Assembly (NCBI GenBank): GCA_965203905.1
Contig: CBDBDQ010000005.1
Coordinates: forward strand, 5,824,001-5,888,000
DNA length: 64,000 bases
DNA from: Spirochaetia bacterium
GTDB lineage: Bacteria; Spirochaetota; Spirochaetia; SZUA-6; Bin103
Direction: 5' to 3'
The notes beneath the pieces were generated by a model. The model was given only the letters and a program-made list of their open reading frames with translations, was not told the origin of the DNA and searched no databases. How positions within the stretch are numbered: position 1 is the first letter of the stretch; the number at the start of each line of letters is the position of its first letter. Shown here piece by piece: positions 19,228 to 28,912 of the stretch. The position numbers were made by a program, and so were the translations under genes.

Positions 19228-20191
19228 ATTCACCTTCACCAAATCTCTTTATGACTAGGTTCGCGGCTATCAGCAGAACTACCCCAATAACATTCTTGAA
19301 CAATCCCACCGCGGTCGAAAAGTCGAACCGCCTCTCAATGATTCCCACGCGATATACATACGTATCTATGATATCGGCAACCTCGTATACAATGGGGTTA
19401 TACAGGTTGAAAATCTGGTCAAATCCTGCATTCATGATATATCCCACCCTCAGCAGGAGCAGGATGGAGATAATCGGCAGCAAAGAGGGTAAGGTGATAA
19501 ACCGCGCTTGCTTGAGGCGGCTTGCGCCGTCAATCGAGGCGGATTCGTACAATCCTGGGTCAATGGTGGAAATCGCGGCCAGGTACACGACGGTGCTCCA
19601 TCCTACCTCCTTGAATATGTCGGAAATCACCAGGATAGGTCGAAAGTAGGTGGTGCTGGTCAACATGTTGGGCGGTTCGGCCCCGAACAAGGTATATAGA
19701 TACCCAACAATGCCCCGTTGCGGAGACAGAATCTCGATCATGATCGATGCCAGAACCACCCAGGAAAAGAAATGGGGCAGATACGATATCGATTGCGTTA
19801 TTCGCTTGAAGGTGGCATTCCTCAACTCATTGATCAGCAATGCCAACAGTATCGGGGCCGGAAACCCAAACACGATTCGGTACACACTGATGATGATCGT
19901 GTTGCGCAGAATGCGCCCGAAATAGGTGTTGCTGAAGAGCATCTCGAAGTGATGAAAATTGTTCCAGGGACTGCCCAAAATCCCGTCGATAACCCGATAT
20001 TGCTTGAACGCAATAAGGAGACCATACATGGGCATGTAATGGAACACGAAAAAAGCAACGAACGGAACCAGGAAAAAGAGATAGAGGAGCTTCATGCGCT
20101 TCGCGCTATTCCATCGTTCCCTCCTGAGCGTCTTTTGGATGGCGAGCTCGTTGCCGGAACCGTTGTGCTCGATAGAAGCGACGTGGCTCAT
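19214..20191 (-). CDS. Carbohydrate ABC transporter permease (LplB-like), copy B
   Basis: Protein identical to 12868-13845. Confidence 0.93.
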   Translation of the reverse strand: MSHVASIEHNGSGNELAIQKTLRRERWNSAKRMKLLYLFFLVPFVAFFVFHYMPMYGLLIAFKQYRVIDGILGSPWNNFHHFEMLFSNTYFGRILRNTIIISVYRIVFGFPAPILLALLINELRNATFKRITQSISYLPHFFSWVVLASIMIEILSPQRGIVGYLYTLFGAEPPNMLTSTTYFRPILVISDIFKEVGWSTVVYLAAISTIDPGLYESASIDGASRLKQARFITLPSLLPIISILLLLRVGYIMNAGFDQIFNLYNPIVYEVADIIDTYVYRVGIIERRFDFSTAVGLFKNVIGVVLLIAANLVIKRFGEGEYAVW

Positions 20192-20236
20192 CAGGCGCCT
20201 TTCCTCGGAACTACTCAGGAGGTAGCTCCAAATTGG

Positions 20237-20265
20237 ATGCTACGCCGTCCCTCGGAGAATGTCAA
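20237..20265 (-). promoter_or_regulatory. sigma70 promoter TTGACA-17-TAGCAT (copy B)
   Basis: Identical to 13891-13919. Confidence 0.75.
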
Positions 20266-20906
20266 CTAGCACTACCACACCCAGCCACACCCCAGCACCT
20301 CTCGGTGAGCGGCTGCTAGCGACGCGGGAGTGAAAGCGGCCCGGCGCCGGTAGAACCCCAGGGTGGAGCCCTGAAGCAAGCGGTTGCCGGCGCCGCCGGG
20401 CGCACACAGCAGTGGCACGGGCCGAGTCTCCAAAGGATGGTTGTCCGGATGCCGACGTCCTGCACAACGATAGCGGCCACCCGATGACCGTCTCCACCAC
20501 ATCCGACGAGGGTTCCCGCCAGTGGCCTCGTGGGCGGCCAGCAGGTCCTGCTGCGGAAAGAATATGATCAACGCCGAAGCAGCTTCATCGCTTCATCCGA
20601 AGGGTCAGTTTACCCTTAAGCTCGGTGCGAACATCCATTTGTCGAGACCGGCGCGGCGGCTTCGGGGAGCCACGGAACGGGCGCACGATCTGCGCGCGGT
20701 CGATCCCTCATTCGCAACGGCCCCCTTGATACGGGACTGGCCGAGAACTGGAATCGGAGCCCTTCAGCGGAAAGGTGTACGACGGCCGCAGCTATGGGCG
20801 AGGGTCCATACGCCGGCTGGGCGCCCCACGACGTTCTCCGGTGCGCCCCGGAGCTACGCCCTTGCGACCCTTGCGACCATACAGTGGCGCGGTTGGGATT
20901 TCGCAG

Positions 20907-22694
20907 CTAAACTCGCCAGTAGCTCCCGCCTATGAAATATCGATCGAACATATTATACCAGTAGACCGTGAAGATCCGCCCATCATCAAGCTCCACAGAA
21001 GCAGGATAGCCGATGTCGGAGTTAGGAAAGTCATCTCTCAGAATACGAACAGGTCCCCAGCTAGCTCCCTCGTCGTTGCTTATCGCTGCTCTAATCCCGT
21101 TGCTTTCGAGCATGGCACTTCGCGGCCGGCCAAGCTTGATTCCGATCTCGTATCCACCCGTAAAGGATGCACTCCCTGCGGTGCCGGAATAGTACCCGAT
21201 CCCATGGAAGTCTCCACGATAGCCGATACTACAGAGCAGTCTACCATCGCCCAACAGCGACAATTCTCCTCTGGCAAAATCGTATAGCGGTGTCTCCCAC
21301 GGATCGCTCCAGGTCGCCCCCTCATCGTCCGAAAACGACTGCCACAGGTTCCCACCCAGCGGCGGTTGGGTTCTCATGATGGCAACTATCCGGCCTGATC
21401 CGGTTCTCGCAAGAGACGGCTCACACGGCCAGGCTGGCGTTCCGGTGTGCGGGTCCTGGGCGCAGATGGTCGAGAGGTACTGCCAACTGTCCCCGCGATC
21501 GTCGGACTTCAATACGGCTGCGGCTTTCGCCTCTCCTCTTGGTGCCACGTTGTCCAGCGGCATGAGGATCCTGCCGTTCGGCAGTTCCAAGCATTTGCAT
21601 TCGGCAATGCTAGTGGCAAAAGGGGCGTGATCCACGTGCACCGGCTCCTGCTCCCAGGTATGTCCCGTATCGTAGGAGCGCAGGACCTCGTTGTGGTAGT
21701 TGGTCTCGGACTCCGGCAGAGGAGTCCCTGTTGCGTCGTACCGGTCGGAATGGACATAGTTCATAAGCAGTGTGCCGTCTCTGAGCTGTATCAGCGAAGG
21801 ATCCCTATGATCCTCGTGTTGCTGTTCGGCGACAACCCGAAACTGTCCCCAGGTACGCCCATTATCCGGTGAGCGAATAGTACAGACCCTACCGTTGCTG
21901 GTAGGCGAAAAGCCGATTCTATGTTCCGGACCCTCTCTAAACGCCACCAGCAGCTCTCCGTTGCTCAGCTTGAGTACATCCGCTTTCATGATGCAGTTTC
22001 GGGGGTGACTCCAGACCACCGTATGCTCGACATCCTGTGAATCCGGAAAGTGATCCCGGTACACCATTCTGGCCAGTGCATTGGTTACGTTTTTGAGCTT
22101 CACGTAGTCTGCTTTCAGGAATGTAATTTCCTCTTCGAGCGCTTCCCGGCTCCTCTGTAGCGTGTCCTTCCGGTCGGTCACCATGAACCAGGTGATGCAG
22201 TCCACTGCTTGCGGCAGGGGCTTGATATCGATGCGCACTTCCTGCCCCGGTTCGATACATCTCGCGGGCACCGTAAGCCGATAGATCCCACAGTTACCCC
22301 GGATCTCCCATTCTCGATGGTAGCCCTCAAGTGGTGTACTGACGCTCTTGGGAATGAACTCCAGCTCAAAGTCCCCTTCTCGCCACTCTGCGGCTCTGCG
22401 GATACCCAAGTGAAAGCTCAGGGCGTGCTCACCATTTATCAATGCCTCGGCTCGATTGCCAAAGACATAGCCGTAGGGCAGATTGGCACTCATCCCTACG
22501 AACGTAAAGACCGTCGTCTCCTTCTTTGGGCAGGCTGCGGTATTCCAGGCCAAACTGTCCTGAGGCCCAATTTTCCACCAGACCTCGGTGCTCCAGCCTT
22601 GCGTTGGTCCTCTGAAATCTGCCAGATGCGGGTTGCTGGCGAAGGAGACAATCGAATCAAATCCTTCCACCTGCTGCAATTCCTCGTTGCTCAT
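20907..22694 (-). CDS. BNR-repeat sialidase-like protein with extra N-terminal domain
   Basis: Asp boxes SPDNGRTW, SYDTGHTW, SDDRGDSW, SDDEGATW, SNDEGASW; HRDP; DIGYP. Confidence 0.85.
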   Translation of the reverse strand: MSNEELQQVEGFDSIVSFASNPHLADFRGPTQGWSTEVWWKIGPQDSLAWNTAACPKKETTVFTFVGMSANLPYGYVFGNRAEALINGEHALSFHLGIRRAAEWREGDFELEFIPKSVSTPLEGYHREWEIRGNCGIYRLTVPARCIEPGQEVRIDIKPLPQAVDCITWFMVTDRKDTLQRSREALEEEITFLKADYVKLKNVTNALARMVYRDHFPDSQDVEHTVVWSHPRNCIMKADVLKLSNGELLVAFREGPEHRIGFSPTSNGRVCTIRSPDNGRTWGQFRVVAEQQHEDHRDPSLIQLRDGTLLMNYVHSDRYDATGTPLPESETNYHNEVLRSYDTGHTWEQEPVHVDHAPFATSIAECKCLELPNGRILMPLDNVAPRGEAKAAAVLKSDDRGDSWQYLSTICAQDPHTGTPAWPCEPSLARTGSGRIVAIMRTQPPLGGNLWQSFSDDEGATWSDPWETPLYDFARGELSLLGDGRLLCSIGYRGDFHGIGYYSGTAGSASFTGGYEIGIKLGRPRSAMLESNGIRAAISNDEGASWGPVRILRDDFPNSDIGYPASVELDDGRIFTVYWYNMFDRYFIGGSYWRV

Positions 22695-22808
22695 GAGGCG
22701 TTCTCCTTAGTAGTGCACGTGCTCGTCGAATACTAAACAAAGAGAGCAGCAGAGGCGCCGCTCCCCTTGTCTATACGCTGACTATTCAGAGCTGCCCAGC
22801 GATGTGCG

Positions 22809-24494
22809 CTATCTTCCCTTGACAGCTTCCGCCGCGATCGGAGCCTTCTCTAGCTCGGCGAGGAGCTCGTCACCTCCGCTCGCTTTCCAACGGGCAACAT
22901 AGGAATCCCACTCTGCATTTATGTCGATATCACCGGTAATACTCTTGAAAAAGAACTCATTCTGTATCGTTGTTAGGGTTGCTCCGTGATTCACGATTAC
23001 ATCGTTGAATTTCGTCTCTTCGAAAATATCATACCTGTACGGACGTGTGGTATTCTCTTTACCGGGCTCTGCGAGCAGATACGACGTATAGAAGTCTGCC
23101 ATATGGCGGGGATGAGTGAACTGAATACGTGTCGACAAATTGGCGCTCAGTGCATCACCCCAGCCACCATGTTTGGGATATCCTTCCGCCACCTGATCAT
23201 ACGGTACTCTGATTGGTTTCGAGTTCCAGGGCTCGCCCTCCCAATTGAAATGGACACCCGGTTTTCCATAATAAGCCTGTATCCAGGCTTCATCGTCTCC
23301 GTAGAAGGAATAATCCATGATCTTTAGGATCATTGCGAGCTTATCATCACTCAGCTTCCTGTTAGTGAAGATTCTGTTTCCCCTTCCCAATCCCGAAAAA
23401 GGCTGTAGCGACCCTGTTCCTCGCAACCCTGTGGGGCCTATCGGGGGAGGCATGATGACCACTTCAGCACCAGTTCCAAGCTCATCCTCCGGGACGAAAT
23501 TGTTGGGTGCTCGCTGCATGGCATAAGGCATTCCCGGATAGTTTATATTTGCTGCCACTGCGCCAATGAGTCCATTACCAACCTTTTCATAGTGTTTCAT
23601 CCGTTCCAGACTGGGAAACTCTTGGTCGATCAGACCCATCTCATACCACTTCGCCATGCGTACCAGGAAGTCCTTATATCCCGGCGCAATGGCCCAATAA
23701 TAAAGGGTACCATCCTGAATCAAATTGTAATGGTTGAAGAACGAGATTCCGAAAGCACCCGCAATCGGATCAAAGCTCCAATTCAGCCACTTGAATGGAC
23801 CAAACGGTATCGTGTCGTGCTTTCCATTTCCATCCGGATCGCCGTCTCGAAACGCTACTAAGAGGTCCTCGAACCAATCCAACGTCTGCGCCCTGTCGTA
23901 AAAATAGACTCTACCGAATCTATCAAGAGGAATCTTTATTTGATCGTAGTCTGGAAGGTTGACGCTTACCTTCCGTGCCCAATCGACTCTGAATCCGGGG
24001 TAGAACAGTCCAGTATTTGAAAAGTCCTCAATAGTGTGAATAACGAGAACTTCGTCGTCATTATCTGGGTTGAGACTATGAGTCCATGCGAACGGATAAT
24101 CAGAATCCAGCAATGCTGAATAGTCCGGCATGTGCTCTCTGATCATGCTCTTGGGGATTCCTCGGACGACACCATCCCAATACATCTTGAGCGGGCTCTG
24201 AGCGACATATCCACCGTCTGGGAAATCTCCGGCGCTCACCAGGATTGCCACTCTTTCGTGGTCATAGGCATCTACTCCGTTCGGTATAATCTCCACACCG
24301 AATTTCCTTCCCAGTTCCTGCAGCCACCAAGTGGTGTCCTCCCCCGATGGCGGCTTGAACAGCCACGTGATCTGCATGACCTCGCCGGACTCTGTCGCTT
24401 CGTCCGTGCCGCTTGCGGTCACCGTAAGAGGAGCGATCAAGATGATAGAAATCACCAGCGCTCCCACTACATGCAACTTGCTTTGTTCCTTCAT
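22809..24494 (-). CDS. Extracellular solute-binding protein, copy C (paralog of 16435-18123)
   Basis: Co-linear high similarity over the full length; GGAGG RBS. Confidence 0.9.
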   Translation of the reverse strand: MKEQSKLHVVGALVISIILIAPLTVTASGTDEATESGEVMQITWLFKPPSGEDTTWWLQELGRKFGVEIIPNGVDAYDHERVAILVSAGDFPDGGYVAQSPLKMYWDGVVRGIPKSMIREHMPDYSALLDSDYPFAWTHSLNPDNDDEVLVIHTIEDFSNTGLFYPGFRVDWARKVSVNLPDYDQIKIPLDRFGRVYFYDRAQTLDWFEDLLVAFRDGDPDGNGKHDTIPFGPFKWLNWSFDPIAGAFGISFFNHYNLIQDGTLYYWAIAPGYKDFLVRMAKWYEMGLIDQEFPSLERMKHYEKVGNGLIGAVAANINYPGMPYAMQRAPNNFVPEDELGTGAEVVIMPPPIGPTGLRGTGSLQPFSGLGRGNRIFTNRKLSDDKLAMILKIMDYSFYGDDEAWIQAYYGKPGVHFNWEGEPWNSKPIRVPYDQVAEGYPKHGGWGDALSANLSTRIQFTHPRHMADFYTSYLLAEPGKENTTRPYRYDIFEETKFNDVIVNHGATLTTIQNEFFFKSITGDIDINAEWDSYVARWKASGGDELLAELEKAPIAAEAVKGR

Positions 24495-24629
24495 TTGTTC
24501 CTCCGATCGTCCTTGTTCAGATCAGCTACGCTTCTTATGTGCACATGATATCATCACCTCCCTGTGAGCCGGTAACATCAGGCTCACGCCGACCGCTCCG
24601 CATTACCGTCTTTGCTCATTACCTCACCC

Positions 24630-25050
24630 GCGCTATCACCGTAGTGTCATCACCGGCGTCGAAGAACGACAACATAAAGGTGCTTCACGCCGTTTGCGGT
24701 CGATGAAAGGCGCCAATCTCCATTGTAGTCCGCGGAGATCGCTGGCGCTCGCAGACTTCAAATTCACCTCTACCGAACCTTTTTTTTGATAACATTCAGG
24801 CCTATGAGCAGGACTAATACACTGATGATGATCGTGTTGACAGGATATTGCTGGAACGCGATAAGGAGGCCAGACATGGCCATGCAATGGAACACAAAGC
24901 AAGCAACGAACGGAACCAGATAGAAGAGGTAGGGGGAGCTTCATACGCTTGGCGCCAGTCCAGCGTTCCCTCCTGAGCGTTTTCTGGGCGGCGATCTCGT
25001 TGCCGGAACCTTTCTACGCGACAGAAGTGACGTGGCTTACCAAGCGCCCT
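24630..25050 (-). pseudogene. Heavily deleted third copy of the lplB/lplC permease pair
   Basis: Pieces match the lplB start (cgttccctcctgagcg, tcgttgccggaacc, acactgatgatgatcgtgttg) and the lplC start (acgacaaca, aattcacc). Confidence 0.85.
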
Positions 25051-25083
25051 TTCTGAAACTACTCAAGGACCGCTCAACACGAA

Positions 25084-25112
25084 ATTCTACGCCCTGCCTC
25101 GGAACGTGTCAA
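25084..25112 (-). promoter_or_regulatory. sigma70 promoter TTGACA-17-TAGAAT (copy C)
   Basis: Hexamers and spacing retained although surrounding sequence has diverged. Confidence 0.7.
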
Positions 25113-25399
25113 CTACTAACTACTACCACCGCAGGGCGGGTGGACGGCCCTCGGCGGGGTGCGGCGCGGTGCAGAGTGATATTTCGCTGGACGGTTGGCG
25201 ACAAACGACGCCCCGAAGCTCGCACCAGGCCATTCAGAGGCAGCTACTACGACACCCGTAGCCCAGTTCGCGGCGCGTGGCGGGGCTGCGGTGGTTCCGA
25301 TCACGGCGTTGAGTGGCGGAAAGAAAACGCGGCCGCGCGCGAACCGCTATGCCGCACGCGGCCAGGGCTGCGTGCGCGAGGCTTGGGTGGGGAGATCAA

Positions 25400-25573
25400 A
25401 CACCTGAGGTGGCGATAGATAGCAACCCGGCGGAGCGCGCCCTGCGCGGCCCGGTGGTGGGGCGCAAGAACGGCTACGGGCCGGGGGCACTGTGGAGTGG
25501 CGCGCTGGCGGTGGCGCTGTTCAGCCTATACGGCATGTTCCGGTTGTGGCACATCGCCTGCGGGTCCGGCTGA
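25400..25573 (+). mobile_element. IS66-family transposase, C-terminal remnant
   Basis: PEVAIDSNPAERALRGPVVGRKN..G.G...SG. Confidence 0.8.
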
Positions 25574-25710
25574 CCGAGCACCTGAGTGCCTGTGCGACAG
25601 CAGACGGCAAGGCGCCAGCAGCTGGAGAAGCGCTTTTGCATTGGAATCGCGCGCTGGGCACCCGATGAGAGCCTCGCTGACGCCACCGCTGCGGCGCGTT
25701 GCCTGAGGTG

Positions 25711-26070
25711 ATGCGTTACTTGGGGCGCGAGTTCAGTGCGCACGAGTTGGAGTTGATCCGCAGCCTGATCGCCCAAGATCCGAGCTGGCATCGGCTGGCC
25801 CTGTCGCGGCTGGTGTGTGAGCGCCTCGACTGGCGGCGTGCCGACGCCCAATTGAAAGACATGAATTTCCGGGTGGCGTTGCTGCTGCTGCGCATGCAGC
25901 GTGACGGATTGATCCGGCTGCCGCCACCGCAACGCGGCAGTGGCAACGGTCAGCTGCGCGGCCGACGTACCCCGCCGGTAGAGCCACAGCTGCCGATCGT
26001 AGCCAGCGTGCAGCCGGATCTGGAACTGCGGCCACCGGCAAGCCGTGCAGAAACCCAGCTAATGGCGTGA
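25711..26070 (+). pseudogene. DUF4338 (DruA-like) IS-associated protein, N-terminal remnant
   Basis: MRYLGREFSAHELELIRSLIAQDP...LSRLVCERLDWR...LKDM...GLIRLPPP, then truncated. Confidence 0.7.
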
Positions 26071-26210
26071 ATACGTGGACCGCTCCAGATCGCACTTGAC
26101 GTGATTACTACACTAACGCCATCCCTAAGGGCCTTCTTCGCCTTTACCACGTAGGAAGTGTTTTGGATGAAGTCTGAGCTATTCCTCGTGGTTGTGCCAA
26201 AGCTACGTGT

Positions 26211-26382
26211 TCATCCGCCGGCGGCCGAGCCGAAGCGGATCTTCTCGCGCGGCGGCGGCAACTGCTGGGCGTCGATCAGCCGGTTCAACTCGTCGATCTC
26301 CGCCCGGCTCAGGACGTCGGGAATGACCATGAAACCGGCCAGGTCGAACAGGTAGCGCCGCATCTCCAGGATCGTGGTCCAT
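26211..26382 (-). pseudogene. PhyH 5' fragment (1-bp insertion plus truncation)
   Basis: gatcctggag vs gacctggag in the intact copy; homology stops near 26217. Confidence 0.8.
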
Positions 26383-26416
26383 CGTTCAACCACTATGCGG
26401 ACCGAGCATTCGAACG

Positions 26417-27169
26417 TCAATCCGGGAGGCAGCGTACTCGGGCGATGATGATGATCTCCGGGCTCCAGGCGGTGACCGGACTTCGATCCCAGTCGCCGTA
26501 CTGTGCTTCGATCACGAAGCCGGCCGCGGCCAGAAACGATGCCAGCGGGTCTGCAGCGAGGAACCGCAGAGTGCTGGGACTGCGCTCCGCGCGGTCCCAA
26601 TCCGCGCGCCGGTAACTGTTGGTGAACCGAACCACGTCGCCGACGACCGGCGTTTCGACCTCGGTCTCGAACCGGACGGCGGTGCCGTCGCGGTCGATGA
26701 ACTCGGGGCCATGCCCGGGTGTCCATCGCTCCCACTCCCGGACCAGCGGGTTGCGCGTCTCGAACGCGAACACGCCACCGGGTGTCAGCGCGGAATGGAT
26801 TGCAGCGAGTGCTGCCCGGATCTCGTCGTCGCTGACCAGCACCTGGAACGCATGTCCGGTCATCACCGCCAGATCGAACTCCCGCTGCCAGGCGGTAGCT
26901 GACAGATCGCCGAGCACCCATTCGATGTCGGACCGCCTCCGCGCCACCTGCAACATGCCGCGCGCCGGGTCGAGTCCCACCAGCCGCCCGGCGTGGCCGG
27001 ACTCGCGGGCCCAGTGCAGCAGGGCACCCGTGCCGCAACCGACATCGAGCACGGTTTCGGCGGCCATCACCAGAGGCAGGTAGAAGCGAAAGTCGGCGCG
27101 CTGCTCCCGTCCGCACAGAGGATCGTAGAGCGCCGCGAGGCGAGGTTCGGAGAACTGCCGGTCGACCAC
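26417..27169 (-). CDS. Class I SAM-dependent methyltransferase (intact copy)
   Basis: LAALYDPLC, VLDVGCGTG, FDLAVMTGHAFQ, LTPGGVFAFETRNP. Confidence 0.88.
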   Translation of the reverse strand: MVDRQFSEPRLAALYDPLCGREQRADFRFYLPLVMAAETVLDVGCGTGALLHWARESGHAGRLVGLDPARGMLQVARRRSDIEWVLGDLSATAWQREFDLAVMTGHAFQVLVSDDEIRAALAAIHSALTPGGVFAFETRNPLVREWERWTPGHGPEFIDRDGTAVRFETEVETPVVGDVVRFTNSYRRADWDRAERSPSTLRFLAADPLASFLAAAGFVIEAQYGDWDRSPVTAWSPEIIIIARVRCLPD

Positions 27170-27394
27170 CACCTTCAGCCTACCGCCAATCGCGCGTGCC
27201 ACGAAGCATCCGCAACCCGCGGCCCGTTCTACGATGCTGGTGCCGGTCGCCGACCCGGTACGGCTGGCCGAGATCGGCAACTGGCTGGGGCGTTGCAATG
27301 CCGGCGCCGAGTTCCTCGCTCGCGCGTGGAGGGAGTGCGGCTTCAATCGGCTTGAGGCAGACCAGATCGGCGGCAATTGCCATGATGGTCGGCG

Positions 27395-28909
27395 ATGGCT
27401 TCGACGACTGACCGCTCGTCGGGCGCGCGCCGCCCCAACCTGCTCTACATCCTCTCCGACCAGCACTGTCCCTTGGTGACCGGCGGCTACGGCGACCCGC
27501 TGGTGGAGACGCCGCACCTCGACGGGCTGGCCGCGGCCGGCGTGACGATGGACGCCGCCTACTGCCCGTCGCCGATCTGCGGGCCGTCGCGGATGTCGAT
27601 GCTCACCGGCCTGCATCCGTTTCAGAACCGCTCCTGGACCAACCGCGACATCCTCGATTCAGGTATCCCCACCATGGCCCACGCCCTTGGCGCGGCCGGC
27701 TGCCGGCCGGTGCTGATCGGGCGCCTGCACTCGATGGGACCGGACCAGCGGCGCGGCTACGCGGAGCGGCTGGTGGGCGATCACAGCCCCAACTACGCGG
27801 GCGCCGGCCCGGTGCCTGACCGCGGGGCCTTGAACGGCACCGCCGGCCCGGACCACGTGAGCCTGGCGATGTCGGGTGCCGGCCAGAGCGGCTACGAGGT
27901 GCACGACGAAGAGGTGACCGACGCCGCCGTGCGGTTCCTGCTGCGCGAGGGCGACCGGCGGCGCGCAAACCCGGAAGCCGAGCCGTTCTGCCTGACGGTG
28001 GGGCTGATGCTGCCCCACCCGCCCTACGTGGCGCGGGCGGCGGATTACCGGCGCTATGCGGACCGTATCTCGCCGCCTCGGAAGCCGGCGTTCCCGCGGC
28101 AGGCGGTGCCGGAGTACCTGCGTTGGTGGCGCGAGCACACCGGCCTGACGCGCACCACCGAGGCGGAGACCCAGCGCTCCCGTGCCGCTTACTGGGGGCT
28201 GGTCACCACCATGGACCGGATGGTCGGCCGCATCCTGGCGGCGCTGCGCGCCGGGGGCCTGGAGGAGAACACGCTCGTCGTCTACACCTCCGACCACGGC
28301 GACATGCTCGGCGAGCACGGCATGTTCTGGAAGCACACCTTCTACGAGGAGTCGGTACGGGTACCGCTGATCATGGCGTGGCCGGGCCGGGTGGGAGCGG
28401 GTACTCGCTGCGACCGGGTAGTCAGCGCGCTGGACTTGACCGCTACCATCCTCGACGCAATGAGCGCTCCGGCGCTGCCGGGCAGTCCCGGGCGCAGCCT
28501 ACTGGCGCTGCTCGACGGCGGAAGCTGGGATGACGAAGCGTTCAGCGAGTACTGCTCGGACGAGGCGTGGGCACCGCCCGACGGCTGTTTTCAGCGCATG
28601 ATCCGCCGCGGTGAGTGGAAGCTCGCCTGCTACCACGGCCCCGCTGCGGCGGCGGACCTGCAGTTGTTCAACCTGCAAGAGGATCCGGACGAGCTGGTAA
28701 ACCGCGCCGCCGACCCCGGCTGCCGCGAGACGGTGCGCCAACTACGGTCGCGGCTGTGCGCCGATTGGGATCCGCAACAGGTACAGGCGCAGATGGCCGC
28801 CAACCGCGCGCGGCACGAGATCCACCACGGCTGGGCCCGCGCAACGCAGCCACGCAGCGATCACCTGTGGGAGCTGCGCGGCGAGATGTTCTATCTCGAT
28901 CAGCCCTGA
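27395..28909 (+). CDS. Sulfatase (choline-sulfatase-like)
   Basis: PNLLYILSDQH, CGPSR formylglycine motif, GRLH, PHPPY, TSDHGDMLGEHG.FWKH.FYEES. Confidence 0.93.
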   Translation: MASTTDRSSGARRPNLLYILSDQHCPLVTGGYGDPLVETPHLDGLAAAGVTMDAAYCPSPICGPSRMSMLTGLHPFQNRSWTNRDILDSGIPTMAHALGAAGCRPVLIGRLHSMGPDQRRGYAERLVGDHSPNYAGAGPVPDRGALNGTAGPDHVSLAMSGAGQSGYEVHDEEVTDAAVRFLLREGDRRRANPEAEPFCLTVGLMLPHPPYVARAADYRRYADRISPPRKPAFPRQAVPEYLRWWREHTGLTRTTEAETQRSRAAYWGLVTTMDRMVGRILAALRAGGLEENTLVVYTSDHGDMLGEHGMFWKHTFYEESVRVPLIMAWPGRVGAGTRCDRVVSALDLTATILDAMSAPALPGSPGRSLLALLDGGSWDDEAFSEYCSDEAWAPPDGCFQRMIRRGEWKLACYHGPAAAADLQLFNLQEDPDELVNRAADPGCRETVRQLRSRLCADWDPQQVQAQMAANRARHEIHHGWARATQPRSDHLWELRGEMFYLDQP

Positions 28910-28912
28910 GGC

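Larger units (their letters stand above)
18283..20270. repeat. Near-identical ~2 kb direct repeat of 11937-13925
   Basis: Nucleotide match at offset 6346, including the promoter. Confidence 0.95.

Noticed and set aside
20272-20900. 630-nt intergenic region as a possible ncRNA or riboswitch
   Set aside because: No recognisable motif or credible ORF; probably mobile-element debris; would need an Rfam search
25711-26070. Possible Druantia defence system
   Set aside because: Only a truncated DUF4338-like fragment next to IS66; no DruE helicase or other components
26211-27116. 301-aa ORF ending in PhyH sequence, resembling a fusion
   Set aside because: An off-frame read of the methyltransferase that runs into the frameshifted PhyH fragment
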